64,000 bases of DNA from Vulcanimicrobiota bacterium. GTDB taxonomy: Bacteria; Vulcanimicrobiota; Vulcanimicrobiia; Vulcanimicrobiales; Vulcanimicrobiaceae. Where the stretch lies: NCBI GenBank assembly GCA_963733295.1, contig CAVTCS010000003.1, forward strand, positions 1,536,001-1,600,000, read 5' to 3'. This document shows positions 58,750-64,000 of the stretch, piece by piece. The notes under the pieces are model-generated. The model worked only from the letters and a program-made list of their open reading frames with translations, was not told the DNA's origin and did not search any database. Positions within the stretch are counted from its first letter, which is position 1, and each line of letters starts with the position of its first letter. Both the position numbers and the translations under genes were made by a program.

Positions 58750-59505
58750 TCAGCTCGACGGGACTTTGGCGGAGGCGTAGATCTCCGCGACTTGCGCAGC
58801 GCTGAGCGCGTAACTCCACAGCGCCACTTCGTCGATGCCGCCGGTGAACCAGCGTCCGCCGAACACCGGGCTCGCGCCGATCGCGAACTCGTTGTTTTTC
58901 GTGGGCGTGCCGCACTGTTTATCCGCGGCGGCGAGTTTACCGTCCCAGTAGATCGCGCGCGTTCCGGCCGAGCAGTTCATCGTGGCGACGATCATATGCC
59001 ACGTACCTGCGAGCGAGGCCGGCGGCGGGACGAAGGTCGTGTGATCGCCGGCTGCCGTGTAAAACTTTAGCGAGTTGTCGGGCTCGAACTGAAGGTCGAG
59101 ATCGTTGCCGTTTTGCGATTCGCCCGCGATGTAGACGATGCGTCCCGTCTTTGAAGGTAAGGCTGAAAGCTTCACCCACGCCATGATGCTCGCGCCGCCG
59201 CCGATGCCGCCCATCCGGGTCGTGTTGATGAAGCCGTCGATGCCGTTGAACTGCGCGTAGTGGTTGCCCGTAACCCCGATTGGGGCGCCCGGGGTCGCGC
59301 TCGTCACACCACCTGAGGAAGTATAGGTCGTCGAACCGATGGCGCTCGATCCGCTCGGGGCTTCGAGCCGATAGTATGCGAGGGGCTTCGTCGCTTGAAC
59401 GGTCGCGACGAATCCTTTGCTCTGGGCATCCGCAACGAGCGGCAGACAAAGCGCGCCGGTAGCGAGCAGCGCAAAGAAAAAAGCCTTGGGTCTAAACATC
59501 GACAC
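58750..59505 (-). CDS. Secreted LamG/concanavalin A-like jellyroll protein
   Basis: AYYRL, S..AWVK, WHMIVAT, Y.DG, F.G.IDEVA.W..ALSA..V. Confidence 0.85.
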   Translation of the reverse strand: MSMFRPKAFFFALLATGALCLPLVADAQSKGFVATVQATKPLAYYRLEAPSGSSAIGSTTYTSSGGVTSATPGAPIGVTGNHYAQFNGIDGFINTTRMGGIGGGASIMAWVKLSALPSKTGRIVYIAGESQNGNDLDLQFEPDNSLKFYTAAGDHTTFVPPPASLAGTWHMIVATMNCSAGTRAIYWDGKLAAADKQCGTPTKNNEFAIGASPVFGGRWFTGGIDEVALWSYALSAAQVAEIYASAKVPSS

Positions 59506-59650
59506 CTTCAGGTAGAAATCGCCTTCGGGCGCCCGGGTCGAGTTTCATCCACCCGCGCGTCACATAACGCGCTCGCGGAACCGGCCGGGAACGCCGGGCG
59601 TTCACAAACCGGCCGCCCCCGCATCACGCCGGCTGGTTACGATCTCGCGA

Positions 59651-60235
59651 ATGTGCCTGTTCACAGATCCCGCGGCGCAACTGGTTTGTGCGGGGCCGGA
59701 GGAAGCACTCGGCGAGATAGCGCGAGCGCTCGCTCATTTCGGCGCGCCCGCGCTACGCTATGCCGCGCGGCGAAACGTTCGAATCGTTCCGCTCGAATCG
59801 GCCCAGCGCTATTGCGACGCCTCGGCTGCGCTACGCCGTTTGGCGGTCGACGTCGACGCGTGGCCGGTGCCGCCGGCCGGTCTGTTCGTCGTCGAAGAAC
59901 GCACCGTTTACCTGCGTTCCCCGAGCCCGATGACCGTCGCTCACGAGTTCGGTCACGCTTTGGATTGCGCGCTCGGCGGCGGCGTGTACCGTTCCGGTTA
60001 CGATCTCGAGATTCGCCGTTCGTTTGCGAATGCCAAAGAGTTCGTCACACCGTACGCAGCAACCGGACTCGACGAGTATTTCGCCGAGTCCTTGCGGGGA
60101 TACGTCGAAGTCAACGACGCCAGATCGCCTTGGCCGAAGGCCACGCGGGCTCGCCTGCGCTCCGTCGACCCCGCGATGGCAGCCTTCATCGACGGGCTCT
60201 TCGAAAAAGAGCTCGCCGATGCTCGAGACGCCTAG
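59651..60235 (+). CDS. Zinc metallopeptidase-like protein (ATLF/Pro-Pro endopeptidase/MtfA-like gluzincin)
   Basis: HEFGH plus downstream YA.T...EYFAE. Confidence 0.75.
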   Translation: MCLFTDPAAQLVCAGPEEALGEIARALAHFGAPALRYAARRNVRIVPLESAQRYCDASAALRRLAVDVDAWPVPPAGLFVVEERTVYLRSPSPMTVAHEFGHALDCALGGGVYRSGYDLEIRRSFANAKEFVTPYAATGLDEYFAESLRGYVEVNDARSPWPKATRARLRSVDPAMAAFIDGLFEKELADARDA

Positions 60236-60408
60236 AGGAGTTCGATACTCGTCACGTCTCGGATATGCCACATCTCGGATTCCTGACGAACCCTAATGAG
60301 AGGCTCCTCATAAAGCTCGAGGATACCGTCGTGCGGATCGGAGAGTTTGCCGAGCAATATCGCTCGCACTCGCTTCCCCTCGAACGGGACTGCTTCTTCC
60401 CATCTCAT
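60232..60408 (-). CDS. Candidate small protein, 58 aa (Sm/LSm- or SH3-like), absent from the ORF track
   Basis: MRWEEAVPFEGKRVRAILLGKLSDPHDGILELYEEPLIRVRQESEMWHIRDVTSIELL. Fills the gap and shares a CTAG stop with the convergent peptidase. Confidence 0.5.
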   Translation of the reverse strand: MRWEEAVPFEGKRVRAILLGKLSDPHDGILELYEEPLIRVRQESEMWHIRDVTSIELL

Positions 60409-60468
60409 GCCAGTAGTAGCCAGGTCCGATGGCGGGTTGTGCGGTCAGTAGTCGTACCGTAACGACCG

Positions 60469-60918
60469 TTACGGAACTAGGTGGTAGTCCGATGGATCTT
60501 GGGGCGGAGTCTTGACGTTATACATGCGGAACGGCCCCCCCGTGAATCCGCCGTGGGCCGCGTTGGGCGGAATGACGAGGACCGTCCCGGGTGCGATCGG
60601 GACCTGTTTATCGCCGAGCCACTCCGTTCCGGTCCCTTCCAGGATCAGTTGCACTTCGGTCGTTCCCGAGTGCATATGCTTGGGCGCGGTACCGATCGCA
60701 TAGGAGATCGCGGTAGAATCGACTTGCACGAGAGTCTTGCTGCGCAGGTTCGGTAGCAACGGATTCGGCGGGGGAAAATCGGCCGGCGTCAAGCTATGCA
60801 AGTCGATCGAAGTCGCGACTACCGGGCCCGCCGCCTGAGCCGTCCCGGGAATTCGTGAAACGAGCGCGCCTGCTGCGAACGCGAGCGCCAGCATGAGAAA
60901 AATCTGAAAGCGTTTCAT
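60469..60918 (-). CDS. Secreted cupin-domain protein (paralog of 29464..29922)
   Basis: Signal peptide, KHMH...E, PPN..H, shared PNLRSKTLV and EWLG.KQV. Confidence 0.85.
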   Translation of the reverse strand: MKRFQIFLMLALAFAAGALVSRIPGTAQAAGPVVATSIDLHSLTPADFPPPNPLLPNLRSKTLVQVDSTAISYAIGTAPKHMHSGTTEVQLILEGTGTEWLGDKQVPIAPGTVLVIPPNAAHGGFTGGPFRMYNVKTPPQDPSDYHLVP

Positions 60919-61023
60919 AGGCAAAGCATCCTAAGGTCGAACGTGGGCTTCCTGCCGAATCCAACCTCTCGAGCGGGGTTACACCTAGGCGGGGAGGCCG
61001 GGAACCAAACGCCGGCCTGGCCC

Positions 61024-61764
61024 TTATGCGGAGCGCATTGGAACGATGCGCCTCGTTTCGCGCGTGACGCCGCTTACGCCGAGCGCTTCCAGAAGCGCAA
61101 TCCGCTGCGGGGTGAGGTCCGCCGTACGCGAGCGTCTCAACTCCGAAGGAACGGGCAGCTCCAGTACGATTCGCGCCGGCGTGCCTTCCAGCACGAGCAC
61201 GCGATCCGCCAGAAAGAGCGCCTCATCGACGTCGTGCGTTACCAGCACGACGGTCGCTCCAATACGCTGCACGATTTGCCCGAGGGCTGCCCCCAGATCG
61301 AGCCGCAGCAGCGCGTCGAGCGCCGACAGCGGTTCGTCCATCAGCAGAATCCGGGGGCTGCGCACGAGCGCGCGCGCCAGCGAAGCGCGCTGTGCCATGC
61401 CCCCGGAGAGTTCCTTCGGCAAGAGGTGCGCGGCCGGGGAGAGGCCGACGAGACCGATTGCCTCGTTGACGCGCTGGCGCTCGAGATTGCTGCGCGCTGC
61501 GAACGCGACGTTCTTCTCAACGCTCAGCCACGGAAAGAGGCGCGGCTCCTGATACACGAAACCGATCTCGCTCTCTACGTAGACCGTGCCGCCGTCGGGA
61601 CGGGCCAGGCCGCCGATGCAGCGCAGCAGCGTGCTCTTGCCGCAGCCGCTGGCGCCCAGGACCGCAATCGATTCGCCGCGCGCAATTGCGACGTCGAGGT
61701 TTTCGAAAACGGTGCGCTCCCCAAAGCGCTTGGTGAGCCCGACCACCACGATCGCCGGTTTCAC
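61024..61764 (-). CDS. ssuB: Sulfonate/nitrate ABC ATP-binding protein
   Basis: GASGCGKST, QEPRLFPW, LSGGMAQR, MDEP.SALD, VTHD. Confidence 0.9.
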   Translation of the reverse strand: MKPAIVVVGLTKRFGERTVFENLDVAIARGESIAVLGASGCGKSTLLRCIGGLARPDGGTVYVESEIGFVYQEPRLFPWLSVEKNVAFAARSNLERQRVNEAIGLVGLSPAAHLLPKELSGGMAQRASLARALVRSPRILLMDEPLSALDALLRLDLGAALGQIVQRIGATVVLVTHDVDEALFLADRVLVLEGTPARIVLELPVPSELRRSRTADLTPQRIALLEALGVSGVTRETRRIVPMRSA

Positions 61765-62519
61765 ACGGGCATCCCGTCGGTCCAGTACAGGAGCCGGCCT
61801 TCGAGCGCGCGCATCGCGCTTTCCGATAGTTTCCCGCACAGCGCGAGCAAGAGTATCGCCGTGAGGATCTCGTCGGTCCGCGAGATCTGCTGACCCTCGG
61901 TGAGCATGAAACCGAGACCGCGCGTGGAGGCGAGCAGTTCGGCTGCCACGAGGAATAGCCAGGCTTGGGTAAGCCCGATGCGCGCGCCGACCAGCAGCGA
62001 AGGGAGCGCCGCCGGAAGCACCACGCGGCGCGCCAGTTCGACTCCCCGCACGCCAAGGACGCCCGCTACTTCGATCAGCTTGCGGTCGACGTTGCGGATT
62101 CCGGCGACCAGGTTCACGTAGATCGGAAAGAACGCGCCGATGGCAATCAGCGCGACCTTCGCGGTCTCGCCGATGCCGAGCCAGAGCAGTAACAGCGGCA
62201 CCCACGCGAGCGAAGGCACGGCCCGCATCGCCTGCAGCGTCGGGTCCAGCGCGGCCTCGGCGCGACGAGAGAGGCCGACGACGCTGCCGGTCGCGACCGC
62301 CAGAACGAGCGCGACGGCAAAGCCGAGGAAGACGCGCTGCGCCGAGGCGGCAACGTTCTTCCAGAGCAACCCGTTCGCGAAGAGCGCCTGGAGTTCGCGC
62401 GCGACGTCGGCCGGCGAGGCGAGCTGGTACACTTTCACCCCGCCGACGCTCGTTAACAGCGCCCACGCGAGCAGCAACACCAGCGGCAGCGAGTACGCCA
62501 GAGCTAACCGCCTAGCCAT
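61761..62519 (-). CDS. ssuC: Sulfonate ABC permease
   Basis: R.VP.LAW.PL..LW.GIGE..K, W..LV.AEL.A...GLG. Confidence 0.9.
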   Translation of the reverse strand: MARRLALAYSLPLVLLLAWALLTSVGGVKVYQLASPADVARELQALFANGLLWKNVAASAQRVFLGFAVALVLAVATGSVVGLSRRAEAALDPTLQAMRAVPSLAWVPLLLLWLGIGETAKVALIAIGAFFPIYVNLVAGIRNVDRKLIEVAGVLGVRGVELARRVVLPAALPSLLVGARIGLTQAWLFLVAAELLASTRGLGFMLTEGQQISRTDEILTAILLLALCGKLSESAMRALEGRLLYWTDGMPV

Positions 62520-63492
62520 GCAGCGCAGTCGTTGCCGGCGCCGGATTGACCAGCGCCGCAAGAGCTCCTTCCAGATCGGCATTCGGCAGCGCGAGCGCGT
62601 TCGCGCGAACGATCGGGATGACGCCCTCGAGCGTGTGACGGTAATCGGCGCCGGGAGTCGGATTCGGATACTTCGTTCGCGAGAGTGCAAGCGCTGCGAC
62701 GCGATATTCCAAGCCGGAGGCCTCGGCGACGATCTTCACGGTGTCGTCCACGTTCTTCGCCGCGTAATCGTGTGCGCGAGCGTACTGCTTGAGAACGAGC
62801 GTGACGAGCTCCGGTCGATCGTTCAAGAAGTCCTCGCGAACGTTGAGCGCGCCGAACGTATTGAACGAGGGATTCCGGTACAACAAACGCGAGCCCGCGT
62901 CGAGTTGCGATGCCGCCATATGCGGATCGAGCCCGGCCCAAGCGTCGACTTGACCGCGCTCCAGCGCGACGCGCCCGTCCGGGTGCTGCAACTCGACGAT
63001 CTCGACGTCGCTTTGCGCGAGCCCCACAAGTTGCAACGAACGCAGGAGGAAGAAATACGGATCGGTGCCCTTCGTCGCGGCGATCTTCTTCCCGCGCAGC
63101 TCCGTGAGTTTTTGCAGCGGCGAATTCTTGGCGACGACGAGGGCCGTCCATTCGGGCTGCGAGTAGAGGAAGACGGTCTTGATCGGCGAGCCGTTGGCTC
63201 GCGCGAGCAACGCCGCACTCCCTCCCGTCGAGCCGAATTGAACCGAGTTTGCGGCCAGGAACGAGTTCGCCTTATTCGAGCCGAGCGAGAGCACCCACGA
63301 TAGACGGGTACCCGAAGGCTTGAGCGCGTCCTCGAGCCAGCCGTACTTCTTGAGGACGAGGCTCGGCGGGTTGTAGTAAGCGTAATCGATGCCGATTTCG
63401 GCCGGCGCAGCTGCGGCGGCGCGGCGAGCGCTCAGAAGCGCCGAGCTTGCAAGCGCTCCGGCGAGGAACGCGCGACGTGAAGAGATGGTCAT
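62512..63492 (-). CDS. ssuA: Aliphatic sulfonate ABC substrate-binding protein with Tat-like signal
   Basis: SRRAFL, DYAYYNP.SL, GSNKA, TKGTDP, G.VDAWAGLDP, GGAGG RBS. Confidence 0.9.
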   Translation of the reverse strand: MTISSRRAFLAGALASSALLSARRAAAAAPAEIGIDYAYYNPPSLVLKKYGWLEDALKPSGTRLSWVLSLGSNKANSFLAANSVQFGSTGGSAALLARANGSPIKTVFLYSQPEWTALVVAKNSPLQKLTELRGKKIAATKGTDPYFFLLRSLQLVGLAQSDVEIVELQHPDGRVALERGQVDAWAGLDPHMAASQLDAGSRLLYRNPSFNTFGALNVREDFLNDRPELVTLVLKQYARAHDYAAKNVDDTVKIVAEASGLEYRVAALALSRTKYPNPTPGADYRHTLEGVIPIVRANALALPNADLEGALAALVNPAPATTALHG

Positions 63493-63522
63493 GTTCGCCT
63501 CCGTTTGAGATGGGAAAGCGGT

Positions 63523-63555
63523 AAAATAAAGCCGCCTCGCTATCGGCGAGGCGGC
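63523..63555 (-). terminator. Attenuator terminator upstream of ssuA
   Basis: GCCGCCTCGC-cgata-GCGAGGCGGC followed by TTTATTTT on the minus strand. Confidence 0.88.
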
Positions 63556-63578
63556 GTTGATCCCGGGACGGGGTCAGG

Positions 63579-63647
63579 TCACGCTGCGCCGGTTCGCTGC
63601 ATCAGGTAGCGAAAACACAGACAACACATGAGCCTCGACGCGGACAT
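63579..63647 (-). CDS. Cys-rich leader peptide MSASRLMCCLCFRYLMQRTGAA
   Basis: ATG TGT TGT CTG TGT cluster between a TTGACA promoter element and a terminator, upstream of a sulfur-scavenging operon. Confidence 0.78.
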   Translation of the reverse strand: MSASRLMCCLCFRYLMQRTGAA

Positions 63648-63657
63648 GCCAATATCC

Positions 63658-63684
63658 ATACTACGCAACCGCGCTCGTTGTCAA
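63658..63684 (-). promoter_or_regulatory. Candidate sigma70 promoter of the ssu leader
   Basis: Perfect TTGACA at 63684-63679. TAGTAT at 63663-63658, but the spacer is only 15 nt. Confidence 0.5.
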
Positions 63685-63757
63685 GCTCGGCGCGAACGAA
63701 GAATTCTCCGCAATCCGAGCTGCGTCGTGGTCATTGCTTTCCCGCGCGCGCCCTAGG

Positions 63758-64000
63758 CTACATCTCTCCGGGCGGGAGGATGATGTCGCCGGTGCGCCCG
63801 TCAGGACTGATCTTCACGTGCGTGCGAACCGCGCCGGTGCCGAAGAACGACAGCGGGATGTAGACGTGGCCGTAGGCTCTCACCACCGGAGCCGGAAGCA
63901 CGAAGGGTTTCCCGGAGGCAGTCACCGTCGAACTTCCCACCGAAAAAACGAAGGTTCGAGAATTCGAATCGCCCTTGAACGACTTGAGGGTGTAGGTCGC
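63758..64000 (-). CDS. Partial gene (3' end): copper amine oxidase N-terminal/stalk-like domain protein
   Basis: Frame is open to the window edge. F.VG......G....L.AP.....G..YIPL.F motif. Confidence 0.65.
   Translation of the reverse strand, partial: ATYTLKSFKGDSNSRTFVFSVGSSTVTASGKPFVLPAPVVRAYGHVYIPLSFFGTGAVRTHVKISPDGRTGDIILPPGEM

Noticed and set aside
60265..60462. Plus-strand small ORF (tail of 59395..60462)
   Set aside because: No RBS or motif. The minus-strand 58-aa ORF looks more protein-like.
63493..63690. SAM riboswitch upstream of ssuA
   Set aside because: No SAM-I core elements were recognised, and the Cys-rich uORF plus alternative hairpins explain the region. An Rfam/Infernal scan would settle it.

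Overview
High-GC chromosomal segment of a diderm bacterium. The TonB receptors, many Pro/Thr-linker lipoproteins, futalosine-pathway mqnA and class III cyclase-STAND fusion are compatible with Vulcanimicrobiota/Ca. Eremiobacterota, but that is an inference only. Housekeeping blocks: a liv-type ABC transporter, an opp-type ABC transporter plus mqnA, msrA/msrB, divergent ilvB-(ACT)-ilvC and leuACDB operons, a CtpA protease, glgP, kynA, three TonB-dependent receptors with a cytochrome c-PQQ dehydrogenase and a Fur/Zur regulator, and ssuABC. I saw no rRNA, tRNA, CRISPR array or mobile element. Best candidates for new biology: (1) a RiPP-like locus at 5.9-10.8 kb, with a cobalamin-dependent radical SAM enzyme carrying an RRE-like tail, an 86-aa precursor with a LigA/borosin-binding-domain-like leader and short core, and an adenylate cyclase-ATPase-TPR sensor; (2) a coupled two-gene module encoding an 80-aa protein ending in Gly-Gly and a membrane-anchored Cys-containing partner (48.4-49.2 kb); (3) three ribosome-mediated attenuators with unannotated leader peptides (Ile/Val/Leu for ilv, Leu for leu, Cys-rich for ssu); (4) an unannotated 58-aa metallothionein. 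All family assignments come from motif recognition by eye, not from database searches. Many start codons were re-chosen from the ORF track.
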